A DNA stretch of 64,000 nt from Azolla caroliniana (Eukaryota > Plantae > Polypodiophyta), in NCBI GenBank assembly GCA_043228905.1, contig JBHGNT010000007.1, positions 10,292,001 to 10,356,000 of the forward strand, read 5' to 3'. The notes beneath the pieces were generated by a model. The model was not told where the DNA came from and ran no database searches. It was given only the letters and a program-made list of their open reading frames with translations. Each line of letters starts with the position of its first letter. Position 1 is the first letter of the stretch. Shown piece after piece: positions 22,013 to 35,245 of this stretch. The position numbers and the translations under genes were made by a program.

Positions 22013-23734
22013 TAACAGTCACATCATGCATCGAAAGGATCATGACACTCACATTATGACTCGAAAGGATTTGAACCCACGACCTTGTTGTACACATGTC
22101 AAATCCTTAACCATTGTATTAATATTCTTATATGTATAGTCTCTAGAATATGAAATCTAATATCATAGGAATATTCTATATTACTCTACATTCTAGAATG
22201 ACCTAGAATATTCTAGAGTGTTCTATACCACTAGAACCTTCTAGAATACTCTAGAGATCTTCTAGATTACTCTACATTCTAGGATAACCTAGAATATTCT
22301 AGAGAGTTCTCTATTACTTATAAATAAGGATCTACCACCCATCCCAAACCTAAATTGGTTCAACGCCATTTTGTAGCCTACTCTTTGTAATCCATTTTAC
22401 GCTTCAATATAATAATTCTCTTTCAATTATCTCTCTATCTCTTTTTCTCTCTCTTTCTCTCTCTCAGTCTTGACAATACCTTTTTACCAACTATTTTCTG
22501 CTGGTTCTGCTGAGAGAAGATAGAATCTTCATTGAAGACTACGTCACTGCTCCGGATTAGTTTCCGGTTCTCAGGGTCCCATAGGCGGTAGCCAAAGTCC
22601 CCATCGGTTCCATAACAAAGAAATATGCATTTCGCTACATGGGGTGACAACTTGGTCCTTTCCTCCATGGGGATGAACGCGTAGGCTTCGCATCCGAATA
22701 TACTGAGCCTATCATAGGTCATTTGTTTGCCTGACCATAGTGCATGTGGCACTTCGAGCTTGATTGCCTTCGACGGTGATAGATTTACCAAGTATACTAC
22801 CGTTTGCAGTGCTTCACACCAGAATTCCAGTTTTAGTCCTACTTGTTGGAGCATTGCCGTCACCCTCTCCTAGATCATTCGGTTGATCCAATCTGCCACT
22901 GCATTCTGCATGGGTGTGTAAGGAATGGTCTTTTGATGCCGGATCCCTTTGTTAGACATGTGTTGCTTGAAGGCTCTAGAGGTATATTCACCTCCGTTGT
23001 CGGATCAGAGTGTCTTCACTCTATGTCCCAACTGGTTCTCCACTTCAGATGTCCACCGAGTGAAGACCTCGAGTGCTTCGTCTTTGAACCTGATCGACTA
23101 GGCCCAGACCTTCCGCGTACAGTCATCTACAAAGGTGATGAAGTATCGGGAGCCTCCTAGTGATAGCTCTGGCATGGGCTGACATATATCTGTGTGCATG
23201 AGCTCTAGGGGCTTTCGTAACGTCTTGTACTGGAGAGCGTGCAGACCTCGGGTCTGTTTCCCGTATCGACAATGCTCGCAGAAGTCCGTCTTTGCTTGGA
23301 GTTTAGGGATGTAGCCGACCGCCATTAACCAATCAAGTCTTGCTTGAGATATGTGACCAAGTCTGGCATGCCATAGGTTTAGGCCAGTCTTTTCAGTTAC
23401 GTTCATGACCCCCTTCTGGATTTGATCGCTATTAATGGGTACAAGTTATTGTACTTGAGCACGCCTTCTATCTTCAGGTTTCCTTGGTTGATCATCCATA
23501 CCGACTTACTTAGAGTCGTTTTATACCCATCTTCGGCTAGCATGCCGATGGAGACCAGACTCCTTCTGAGATCAAGTATGTGCCGAACTCGGTGGAGGGT
23601 GATCCTGTTGCTATTGGGGAATCGGATGGGAAGTTCTTTGGTCCCTGCGATTTTGCACTCCTGCCCGTTGCCTAGTCGGACTGTGTCGCCGGTGTCGGTT
23701 GAATAGTTCGCATTCCATTTATCAGTTGAATAGA

Positions 23735-26722
23735 GTTGGTAAACCCTTCGAGCATAGGTTTTATGACACCATACCTAAGGCATACCCTTGAGGTTCCTTT
23801 CAAGTACCTTAGTAATATCCACTTCATGGCTACCTAGTGTTCTCTTCCTGGATTACTCATGTATCAGCTTACTGCTCCCACAAACAATGTTATCTCTATC
23901 CTTGTACAAACCATAACATACATTAAACTGCCAACGACCGAGGCATACGATACTTTCCTCATCTCAGCCTTTTCTTTCTCCCCTCTCGGGCATCACTTTG
24001 CATTCGGCCAACAATTGGTTGGCAACATAATGCCGACTAGCTTTGTTTTAGACATGTTGAATCTTTCTAGGATCTTTGTCACATACTTCTCTTGTGACAA
24101 CCACAACACTTTCTTAGTTTTGTCCTGAACTATGTGAAACAAAGATATGCACGGAAACATATGTGAGGACCATTCAATTATGCTCAGCAAACAACACAAA
24201 GGGAAGGCAAGAAGATATAGACAAATGATAGATACACACAAATAAATCTTTAATGGAAGCTCTCCTTATTTCTTTTCTCTCTCTCTCTCTCTCTCTCTTA
24301 GAGACTCAATGTACAGGATGATCAAGTGATCTCTTCTTTACAACGTTAGGTTATTTCTTATATACTCAGCCCTAACTATATGGATGAGTTCACACTAGGA
24401 TACAAAGTGGAAGGAGTCGGCCTTTTATACCAACAAACTCCCCCGTAAAAGGACTACTCTTTCCTACATGTAGATGTGTTTGGGATTGTCTCCCCCATAA
24501 ACTTAGATTACAACACTAATCTAAATTTATGTTACAAGTCGGTCGGCATATAGTCGAGTCGGCATAGATGAGGTCCGTGTCGAGCCTAGCGTGGCTTATT
24601 ATCATGATTGATTCGGTCGATTCTTACCTTCTGCTTGTCGCTTGTCGTAGTCCCATCTTTTTCCTTAGTGCTCCAATGAGTTGATCTGGGTGTGGCTTTG
24701 TCAGGCAATCAACGATGTTCACCTCAGTGTCGATCTTCCAGACTTCAAGCCTCTTCTCAATTATAAGCTCCCAAATGTGATGATACCGTACCTCAATGTG
24801 CTTCATCTTTGCGTGATAGACGGGATTGTTAATGAGGTGAATTGCGCTCTATGAGTCGTAATAGATGGTCGGCGTTGGTTGGTCGATTCGGCTTTTAGAT
24901 GAGAAGTTGGTAGACAGTCGGTGCAACCAGATTGCTTCCTTCGCTGCCTCCGATGTTGCTATGTACTAGGCCTCTGTGCTCGACAGGGTCGTGCACTCTT
25001 GAAGCTTCGACCTCCATCATATCGCACTGCCACCCTAGGTGAAAATATAGCCTGATGTTGACTTCCGATTGTTCGTATTTCCCGCATAGTCAGAGTTAGT
25101 GTAGGCTTCGACTTCGGCTTTTTATTGTCAAACAGAAATTCAGCTATGTATCTTCGGTCCCTCTCAGGTACTTGAAGATGTGCTTGACAACCTCCCAATG
25201 CTTCCATCCTGGGTTTGACATGTACTGACTGACCACTCCTACAACATAGGCTAGGTCAGGTCAGTCGTCACCATTGCGTAGATGATACTTTCTACGGCCA
25301 ATGCGTAGAGCATCTTTCCATTAAGCTTTCTCTCCTTGTCCGTTGAAGGAGAGTCTCTCTGCAATAGTTGGATTGACGTCAGAAGCGGTGTTAGTGCTGG
25401 CTTCGCATTCTGCATGTTGAAGCGCCTGAGCATCTTCCGGATATAGTCAAACTGGGAGAGTTGAAGAGTCTTAGTCGTCCGATTTAGCTCAATCCTCATG
25501 CCCAGTATGTGATGGGCTTGTCCGAGTTCTTTCATCGCGAACTTGTCGTGAAGGCTCTGCTTCAACTTTTTGATCTCTCCTTGATTGCTTCCTGCAATCA
25601 GCAAGTCGTCGACATATAGGATTAGATAAATCCTAGACTCATCGGCCAGTTGCTGAACATACATACATGGGTCGTAGTCAGATCGGTGGTATCCAAGCTG
25701 CCTAATGTAGGAGTCGAACTTCTGGTACCACATCCTCGGCGCTTGTTTCAAGCCATAGAGACTTTTCTTCAGTCGACATACAAGGTGACTTTCCTTCCCC
25801 CATCGTCATGAAGCCTGCCGGTTGAGACATGTAGATGTCTTCTTCTAGATCTCTGTGTAGGAATGTCGTCAGTTGCTCTAGGTCTAGGTCTTCTGTTGGC
25901 ACAACTCCTAGTAAGAGTTGGAGGGTGGTCATCTTGACTACTAGTGAGAATATCTCGTCGTAGTCAACCCCATGTTCTTATTTTAACCCTTTCGCAAGAA
26001 TCCGAGCTTTGTACCCTCTCTCCTTGTTCGTTGAAGGAGAGTCTATGTCCGATAGTCGGATACATATTTGTATCAGAAAACACATTTGCAAGGTAACAAC
26101 TATCTTCCAGCTGGTAGTTCGACCACCTCCCATGTCTGATTCTTGTGAATTGAGTCCATTTCTGATTTCATTGCTTTTAGCCATGTATCGGCATCCGTTG
26201 TGGCCATAGCTTCTTAATAAGTGCTTGGTTCGCCTGCATTGATGTAGTTGACGTAGTCGAGGCCAGGTTGAAAAAACTCTGTTGGTCTTCGAGCTCGTCC
26301 AGATCTCCTGGGTGCCTAGATAAGTGGTTCGTATTCTTCGATCAGCTCTGTTTAGCGATTGGTATTCGATCAAGAGTTTTGTTAGGTGACCTGCCCACAA
26401 GTCGGGATTTTGGTGGTGCACGTTGTCCTCCCCTATGGACTTTGTCGACTCGGTTCTGTTTCCTACTCGTATCTTGTTGACTTTTCCTTCTTCGACTCTT
26501 GTCGAATCGGCTCTATTTTTGATTGATTTCTATTCGAGTTCGACTAGTGGACTTCCTACCGATTCGGAGTCGGTAGGTATGTTGTCGGCTTGGTCGAGTT
26601 TGACTGTTTGTCCAATCTCTGAGTCGTCCCGGTGGGTTGGTCCTTCTTCGACGTCTCTGTCATCTTTGAAGGATACCTTTTTACCAACTATTTTCTGTTG
26701 GTTTTGCTGAGAGAAGATAGAG
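23735..26722 (-). mobile_element. Second copy of the copia A RT / copia B (3' LTR 24135-24435, PPT, RH-RT) junction
   Basis: Colinear with 8205-9377 plus 14992-16035. RT ORF 25251..25751 contains YVDD. Confidence 0.85.
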
Positions 26723-26939
26723 TCATACAAACCAAAGCATACATTAAACTGCCAACGACTGAGGCATCTCAGCCTTTTCTTTCTCCCCTCTCGGGCATTG
26801 CTTTACATTCAGCCAGAATTTGGTCGGCAACATAGAGCCGATTGGCTTTGCTTCTGACATGTTGAAGCTTTCTAGGATCTTCATCACATACTTCTCTGGT
26901 GACAACCACAACACTTTCTTAGTTTTGTTCTAAACTATG

Positions 26940-27237
26940 TGAAAGACAAATATGTGCGGAAAGTATGTGAGGACCTGTCGGTTATGCTCAACAAACAACA
27001 CAAAGGGAAGGCAAGAAGATATAGACAAATGATAGATACACACAGATAAATCTTTAATGGAAGCTCTCCTTATTTCTTTTCTCTCTCTCTCTCTTTCTCT
27101 TAGAGACTCGATGTACAGGATGATCAAGTGATCTCTTCTTTACAACGTTAGGTTATCTCTTATATACTAAGCCCTAACTATATGGACGAGTTCACACTAG
27201 GATACAAGATGGAAGGAGTCGGCCTTTTATGCCAACA
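26940..27237 (-). mobile_element. Copia family B solo LTR within a third copia A RT segment (26723-27730)
   Basis: Flanked by TSD CTATG (26935-26939 / 27238-27242). Family A RT continues on both sides. Confidence 0.88.
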
Positions 27238-27729
27238 CTATGTGCATTCCTAAAATTTATTTAGCCGGTCCAAGATCTTTCATGGCAAATGACGTGCCTA
27301 ATGCTTTGTTTAAGCTCATGATCTTCATTGTGTCTTGTCCGACTATGAACATGTCATGAACATATAGTAAGAGAATCAAGAAGTCGCCTTCATCGTACCT
27401 TTTGTTGAACCTACATAGATGCATATATACCAGACATTCGAACACCCTCAGGTGTCAGAAGGTGACATCCTTTCCTATCCACACCCTCTATGGGACATCA
27501 CCTTTCAATGGCATTGAGGGAGACCTGTTGATCAGATAAACAACTATATACATCGCCTCAACCCAATACGATTTCAGTAGTTTAGCATGAGAGAGCATGC
27601 TCCTTACACTCTCCATGATTGTTCAATTCATCCTCTCTGTAAGTCTGTTCAACTTAGGGGTCTTCGGCACCGTGTATTCGATTCAAATACCTTGGGCCTT
27701 ACAATATTTTTCGAACTGCCATTTATATT

Positions 27730-28190
27730 CATCACCATTGTCGATTCGGACAACCTTCAATTTTCGACCCAACTCCCTTTTTTCCCTTGCCTAGAACTCC
27801 TTGAATAATAAGAGTACTTGGTCCTTCGACTTTAGTACTCTGGTTCGCTGATTTCATGGCCCTCTTGGCCGATTCCGGCCTCATTTCCGGAAGTCTATCT
27901 TCACACCTGACTGCTTTGGATTCACTCCGGTCCGATGCGTTGGCCTCTGTGTCATACTCTGACATCTTCATCTTCCCCTTCTCCTTGCACATAAGCCATC
28001 TCCTCGGCTTCCGCCGCGGGGGCTGCACGACAGAGTCTTCGCTACTCGCTGACTCTTCATCCGGCTGACCATTTCGGCTCAACCCCTCATCCGACCCACT
28101 TAGTTGGAATGAGATCGGACTCTCCTCTAGAGTACCTATATCTTCCTCAACTAGAGGATCAGCCTCACTAGCCTCGTCTTCAGAATTCGT
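27730..28190 (-). mobile_element. Copia family D inter-domain (INT-RT linker) fragment
   Basis: Similar to the linker at 52150-52480 (LEESPISF.LSG, KEKGK.KM.EY). Confidence 0.65.
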
Positions 28191-29638
28191 CAAGAGAATA
28201 GCGCGGAATATAGCTCGTCCACAACCGAGTCTTGATCACTTCCAACGAGAATCAAACACAGTAATGGGAAGTAGGGAGTGAACGCACGTACACACACACA
28301 CAAAGATAGAGAGTACACAGGTTGTTTACGTGGAAAACCCTAATAGGGAAAAACCGTGGGAGCCCACAGACTCCGAACTATCACTATATGAGAAAGGTAC
28401 AATTAGAGACTCAGAGGCAACGACCTCGAGCTCTATTTCTTCGTCGGGCAGCGCTTACGACAGAAAACATTCTGTATCTAACTCTCTATCTCTCTGTCAC
28501 TCACTATACAACAGTTATATATACAACAATATGACAAAAACACCCAAAGTGATTACCCTAAGTCATATTTATACTTATATGAACTTAAGGCTATTTACAA
28601 ATATAGCCTCAATATGCTTACTCAAAACATATTTATAAATATGTCTTCTCATCCGATTCTCGCCGGGTCTATCCGATCCGGTTTCCGTATCTCTTCCGGT
28701 TCTCACTGGGTCCATCTGGTTCTCACCGTGTCCACTTCATTCATAACCGGATCCCATCCGGAGGGACCGATTTCCCAACAATCTTCCCCTTCACTCTGGC
28801 ATGGGATGTCTCATCAGCTCGATCCACTTTCGGCACGCGTCCAGCTTGTCGGTTGTCAACACCTTGGTCAGCATATCCGACCCGTTGTCGCGATATTACG
28901 CAAGTGCGTATAGAAACGAGGCGGGACCGCGGGGGTCTTGAACCGAAGAGCAAGCGAGGGTGGAGAAAGAGAGAGGACCGGTTACGCAGGACCGGGGATA
29001 CACAGGGACACGGCCCTTCAACACAGAGAACGCGAATAGACGCCGACACAGGTAGACGCAAACAAACGAATATATATATATATATATGTGAGCAAATATC
29101 TGATCAAGAAGCTACAACGCGCGATGGGGCACAGGATGGTTACAACCGAACAGGCCGGCGAACAGATGCCGATGCCTGTTCGCTGCGTCGCACAAAAGGG
29201 AGCAGGTCGGAGGTGCTGCCGGAAGCACTCGGGCGTTCCTTGAAATAGCGCGAGCCTCCTCGAAAACCTCCACAGGAAAGCTATGGAGAAAAAGGGAAGG
29301 AGAACAGAGAGCGAAGCGTCCAGAATCGGTCCGCCCCCCCACTTCGTCCTCTCCGCGCTCTCCCCTTTCTTTTTCCCCGTCCTCCTCCTTTTCTCGGTCA
29401 AGAAGGAGCCGTTCGGCATTAAATTCCCACCTACCGTATCTAACCACTTCGATCCTCCTAGGTACTTAATTCGCCTCTATGTACAACTTGGCGCGCACGT
29501 GCGTGAAGAGCCGGTTCCCACGCCTTGGTGCCCCAATTCCACCCTTGGACGGTTTTCTTCACGACATCCGCCCCCACCTAACCGCGCATCCACCGGCATG
29601 CGCCAAATTAAGTTGGGACGGAGAAAACCGGCCCGCCT

Positions 29639-32600
29639 TCACTCTTCGCCCATCGGTCCTTCCTCGGTCTCGGACCGGTCGTCGCTGCTGTCTAGGAGAA
29701 CCGGGTCTGGCTCGTCGTCGTGTCGCTTCTTGAAGGCTTTGATCCTCTTTCCAGCCACGGGTATCGCCATTCTCGTGCCGTCGAGTTCCGCCAGGTGATA
29801 CGTCCCGTTGTCGTTGGCGCTTGGTACCGCGTACGGCCCAAACCATCTCCGCGCGAACTTCCGTGTAGCCCGGTGCTGGTTGTCGAGGCTGCTGTCGTAG
29901 ACGAGCACCCAGTCACCTTCCTCGATCTTCTTCGGTCAGAGCCGGTGCGTCCGGTCGAACCTGGCTTTGTTCTTTGTCCTCGCCACCCGGAGCTTCTCCG
30001 CAGCCAGCTCCACGTCCTCCGGTCTCCACTCGAGTTGTCGTATACGCGCGGCCAACAGCTCCTCCCGGCTCATCTCGTCCCTCCAGTCGACCGTTGCCCA
30101 TGAGGAGATCGTCCGTTCCATCGGCATGATCGGCTTCTGGCCGAACATGAGCTCCATCGGCATGTACCCGGTTACCGAACTGTGCGTAGTCCGGTCTGCC
30201 CACAAAGCATAAGGTAGCAGCCGCGGCCAGTTACCGACTTGGCCTCCGCATGCCCGAACCAACGCCTTGACGATCGGCCCGTGTCTGCGCTCCACCTTTC
30301 CATTCGCCTCCGGATTGTACGCAGTGGTGAGCGAGAGCTTGACTCCCAGCCGGTCGAACAGCTCCGCGGCTTCTTCGGCGTCCAACTTCCCTCGGTCAGC
30401 CACGATCTTCCCGACGCACCCGTACCGGCATATCACGTCCTCGATTAGGAACCGACATACGGCCGCGGTCGTTTTGTTCTGAAGGGCCCGGCCTTCCACC
30501 TGGTTCGTCAGATCCTCCCGTGCTAGGACCAGATACCGCATCTGCCCTACCCCCATTGGCATCGTCACCAGATCTACCATCCATTTGAAGTGGATGGTCG
30601 GAGGGTACGTAGGGTGAAGCTCGTCCCGGTGTCGGACTACGGAGTGCATCTGACAGTTTTCGCAAGTCGTCACGAACCGACGCACGTCCCAGTACAATCC
30701 CGGCCACCAGTACTTCCCCTTTAGTTTCTCGAACGTGGCCCACGTTCCACGGTGTCCAGCCCAAGGGCTGTCGTGGTAGGCCGCCAGCAGCTCCTCCTGT
30801 TCTTCCTTCATCGCCACCACCCGGAGCGGGACACCGCTCCTCTTCTTCGGGTGTTTCCATAGATAGCCATCCCGGAGAAAGAACCGGTACGCTTTCTTCC
30901 GGATCCGGTTGGCCTCGTCTTTCGTCCATGACGCATCCGGCGCCATTGTCCTCAAGAACCCGCCGATCCGCAGCCACTCCCCGTCGTACTTGCTCGCGTC
31001 GAAGTCGTTAAGCGCCGGAGTGCTCGTCCCGTCTGTTGTTACGTATGCTGCCTCGAAGAAGTCCATGCCGACCTCTTCGTCCTCCGAAACCATGCCGCCC
31101 TCGTCATCGAACCTCGCCCTCGAAAGCATGTCGGCCATGGCGTTGTCTTTTCCGGAAATGTGTCGTATTTCCGGGTCCAGGGACTTGATGTACGCTATCC
31201 ACCTGAGCATCGCCAGGTCCGGTGTCGCGCATCCGGAAACCATGCCGAGAATTGGCAGGCAATCCGTCTCGATAATCACTTCTGCCCCGATCAGATAGTC
31301 TTTGTCGGCCTTTACCGCCGAAACGATACCCCAGAGTTCGCGTTTAACCTGGGCGTATCCTCGCTGCCGCTCACTGAGGACTTTCGCGCCGAATCGGATC
31401 GGAAACCGATTGCCGTCCTCGTCTTGTTGGTTGACGACCCACCCGATTCCGGTCGGACTCGTGTCAACCGTTATGTATACTGGGGTGCCCTTCTTGTAGA
31501 CGGCCTCCCGGAGCGCCGGTGCTGCCGAAAGAGCCTCCTTCAGCTTCCGGACCGACTCCGTGTGCTCGTCAAGCCATTCGAACCTTCGCCCTTTCTTCAG
31601 CAACCCGTACAGCGGCTCCGCGACGTGTGCGTAATGCGGGATCCATATGTGGTAGAACGCGCATGCTCCCAAGAATCTTCGTACTTCCGTGACCGAGCTG
31701 AAGTCGGGCTTCATCGCGGAGATGGCTTCTACCTTTGCCGGAGACGGTTTCCGGCCATATGGCCCACATAAGTGTCCGACCACCATGATTTCCGACTGCC
31801 CGAAGGCTGATTTCTCCCCCAAGAAGGTGAGCCTTGCATCCTCTAGCCTTTGCAGCACCTTCTCGCAGTCGTCGATGTGCGTCGCCACGAATCGCCGGCA
31901 TCCGTCCGGCCCGATCGTCTCGTCCTTCTCTGCTACCGGGCATCCCTTGATCGGGATGTTTGTCCAGAAACGGCGTGGTGATGTCCGGGATGCAGTCCCT
32001 CAGAACCTTGTTCATCGCATTCACCATGTGGGCCACCGAGTTGGTCCCTCCTTGCGGCAGCGTACACATCCGCACTAGGCCGAGGGGAGTTCGCATCGTC
32101 GTAATGTCTCTGCTCTCCACGGCTAGCTGGAACTGGTCGTACCCTGAGTATAGATCACCGACCGAGTAAATCGACCTTCCGGCGAAGGCCTCCGCGAACT
32201 CGTTTATGGTCGGTCCGATCCCTGCGTTCCGAATGGTCACCCTATTGACCGGTTGCAGGTCCTGAATGAAGCGCAATGATCCGTTTTTCTTTGGTACGGT
32301 AAACCAACGGTTTGAATACGGGGCGCTCGACGGCTCGAGAATGCCCATATCAACTTTCTGCTTCAACAGCTCCATCAATTTCGGGATGTGAGCTCTCGGA
32401 ACCGGAATTGGCTTGAGATTCCACGGTACATGCGGTACCGTGAATATCACCATCGGCTCTACGATCGTCGGGTCTACGCAACCGATTTCCTCCGGTGAGA
32501 ATGCGAAGGCTTTCCCGTGCCTTCCGAGCATTCTCCGAAATCGGTCTTCCTCCGTCGGTAGTAGGAACCCGCCCCCACCGATTTTGAGCTCCCGGAGCGT

Positions 32601-33121
32601 CTCGTTGGTGAAGGTGTGTCCTATGCAGGCCGGATCTCGTAAACTGGGGTCCGATGCAACCCCTTTGATTCGCGACTCGCTGCCCTCCGGTAAGGGTACC
32701 GCGACTGGCCTTACCTTCCGGTCCACAGTCTTGTACTTGGTGCTTACTCGGGCCGTCCGATCCGACTCGAGCCCCCGACCAAAGTCCGCGATGGCTTCGT
32801 ACATCTCTTCGGAACATACCGGTATCGTCCGGTCTTCGTTAAGGTCTTCTTCGACTACCTTCCCCAGCATTCCCAAGGTGTCGTCGAAGGAGACCGCCTC
32901 CACGGCTCCGTTGATTTCCTCGTCAGGGCCGAGAACTCCGCACGCTCGAAGTCTCCCCTCCGTCTTTGTCTTCTCTCGGTCGGCGATGCCGACTATCGTA
33001 CATGCTCCGCTGTCGGAGAAGCAAAATTTCCTACCTGTTGTACACGGTCTTATCGTACAGATGTGGGGTTTTACCAGAGCATCCGGACTGTCGCGGCCCC
33101 ACGCCTTAGCAGTCCTCTCTA
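29639..33121 (-). pseudogene. RT-RNaseH-integrase (-1 frame relative to gag-PR)
   Basis: VPKKNGSLRFIQDL, DLYSGYDQ, TVDTSPTG, HHCC, WMVDLV, ANGKVE, WFGPY. Confidence 0.9.
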
Positions 33122-35245
33122 AAAATCCTCTCGGTTTTCGGAACCGAGGGAGTCGCGGTTACGTTCGTGGTTCGGCCGTACCGTCAGAAACTGGACCGAA
33201 CGGCGCCCGTCCTGGCTTTTTACCCTTGCATAGGCCGAACCGTTATTCAGCACCTTGGTCTCCATTCGCGCCGCCGTGATGTACGGCTCTCCCAATATTA
33301 CCGGATGCGAGGACGTCTCCTGTACGAAGAAGTGTTGGTCAATCTCGACGTCGCCGATCTTGACCCGTACGTTCGGGCAGGCCCCGTGCAGTTCCTCGGT
33401 GGCGCGCGTCGCCGCCCGTATCTTCCACCCGTGCTTGGTGTTGATCGGCCATTTGCCCTTCTTGTAGAAGTCCATGGACATTAGGTTGATCTCCGAACCG
33501 TGGTCCACCAAAGCTACCACCGGTTCCTGGACATCTCCGATCTTCACCGGGGTTTCCGTGGTCGCTCGGGCCCAGTGTGGCCTCGAATAGTGGCTCTCCG
33601 CCCACTCATCTTCCATCGACATGTCGTCTAGGTGCATCGTCCGCACCTCTACCGGTCTTTCCGGTTCTACCTCCGTTGACAGCCTCTTCCGCTTCACCAA
33701 GTCCACGATGGAGTCGTGGAACTCCTTCCTGGCGATTCCTAGCACTTCCCATAATGACAGCTCCACCTTGTTGTCGAGGATCCGTTCTTCTAGGACCTTC
33801 CGCAGGTCCGTGGTCCTCTCTATTTCCGTCCCCAGTCGGTATCCGCCCTTCCTGGGGTTATCTTGCGCACTGGACCCGCCGGCCTCGTTCCGTCGTTGCC
33901 CGAACCGGGTCTCGTATCGTTGTGAGGGCCCGGTCGTTCCGGTTTTCCCCACCCGCTTCTCTTCTACCAGAGCCTCGTAGTTCTGGCAGGCGGCTTCCAC
34001 GAAGCCCGTCTTTTCCTCGACCGGGTCGCTCCACCCGGTTATCTCCCGGACCCGTTTCTCCGCGCGGTCCGCTTCGTCCCCTTTCAGCCGCGTACCGGCG
34101 AGGCCTTCCAGCATCGCCGACCAGAATCCGGCTTTTCTTTCCTTTCGGGCCTCGCTGCCCCCGACCCGAATGTCGGCCGACGCCGAGTAGTGGACGGTTT
34201 CCGCATGTCGGGCCGCCGCCTCTTCCATCAGTCTCTTCATTCCTCCTCGCCCGTCGTTTCGGTTTAGGGCCCTTCTGGTGTCGTTGGCGTGCACCCGGCC
34301 TTCCCACAGGTACACCACCCGGTTCTTCAGCGCTTCTGCGAAATCGCCGTAGTCCTTCCGAATGTGGCCGACCTCGTCGCACCACATGCATCTGTTTCCC
34401 GCTGCCGGCCGTCGGTCGCGAGCCGGTTCGCCGCCTTCGCTGCGGGCTTGTGCAATTTGGAGGTCCTTTATCGCCCTCGTCAATTCCTCCAGCGCAGCTC
34501 CTCCGGTCGAGCCTCTGATCACGCCGGTCGAAGCTGAACCGGTTTCCAGCCACTCCCGGGTCTCTCCCTTTCGCACCGGCTGCGCCGGTTCAAGCTTCCT
34601 TGCTGCGCCCGAGCCCGACCCGGTCGCCCCGTTATCCGCCCATTCTCGCCGTTTGTCGAAACGGCCGCAGGCTCTCTTAACCGCCGCCCAGTCGGTCATC
34701 AGCCCGTCTTCGGTTTCCAGAAGGGCGCCCACGTGATCCCGATCCCGCTCGTCCACCGACTTGACGAACAGTAGGACCCGGCTTGGATCCAGGATCGTTC
34801 GGTCAAGCGTCGAAAGGCGCGCAAAGTTTTCCTCAAACTCCCAGAGGAGTGCCGACGCGTTTCTTCCCTTCCCGGGGGACTCCACCCATTCCATGAAGCT
34901 TCGTTTCGAAAGTCGGAGCGCGTCGTCCAGCCCGTATTTCTCTAGGAGCCGACCTTCGAACTCCTCCTAGGTACGGCTCTCCGCCCGCACCTCGAGCACC
35001 TCCGCATGGATGCTCGGCATCGCCACTCGAGGAAATCCGGCAAGACGCCTTTCTTCCGGAATGTCCCGCATCAGCATCTCTGCACCGTAGGACGCCAAGT
35101 ACTTCGTGGCATCCTTTCCGCTGAATCGGCCGATTGTACCGACGACTGCCTCAATGGCTCTGTCGAGGGCGCCGGAGCCCTCGCGTGCGTTTACTAACCG
35201 GTCAACGGCCGAAGCCATGGCCTCTGCAAGATCCGATCCCCTCAT
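33119..35245 (-). pseudogene. Gag-protease fusion ORF (one internal TAG)
   Basis: CMWCDEVGH knuckle remnant and protease ALVDHGSEINLM...VILGEPY, ending ...REDF*. Confidence 0.88.

Larger units (their letters stand above)
16036..22475 (+). mobile_element. Full-length Ty3/gypsy chromovirus, 471-bp LTRs 16036-16506 and 22005-22475
   Basis: TSD ATACC (16031-16035 / 22476-22480), about 2 LTR mismatches by eye, PPT gaagaagggggatag, and domain order gag-PR-RT-RH-INT-chromo. Confidence 0.97.
8602..23710 (-). mobile_element. Ty1/copia family B, copy 1 (3' LTR 8602-8892 plus PPT; RH/RT/INT/PR fragments), host to two gypsy insertions
   Basis: LTR reads TGTTGGC...TTTCA on the minus strand, with a PPT next to it. 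Pol remnants lie at 9100-9377, 14992-16035 and 22481-23710 (LWHARLGH, YFITFVDD, CEAYAFIP). Confidence 0.85.

Noticed and set aside
32413-34736. Long plus-strand ORFs (288 aa, 313 aa) as antisense genes
   Set aside because: Shadow ORFs of GC-rich gag-pol with no recognisable motifs.
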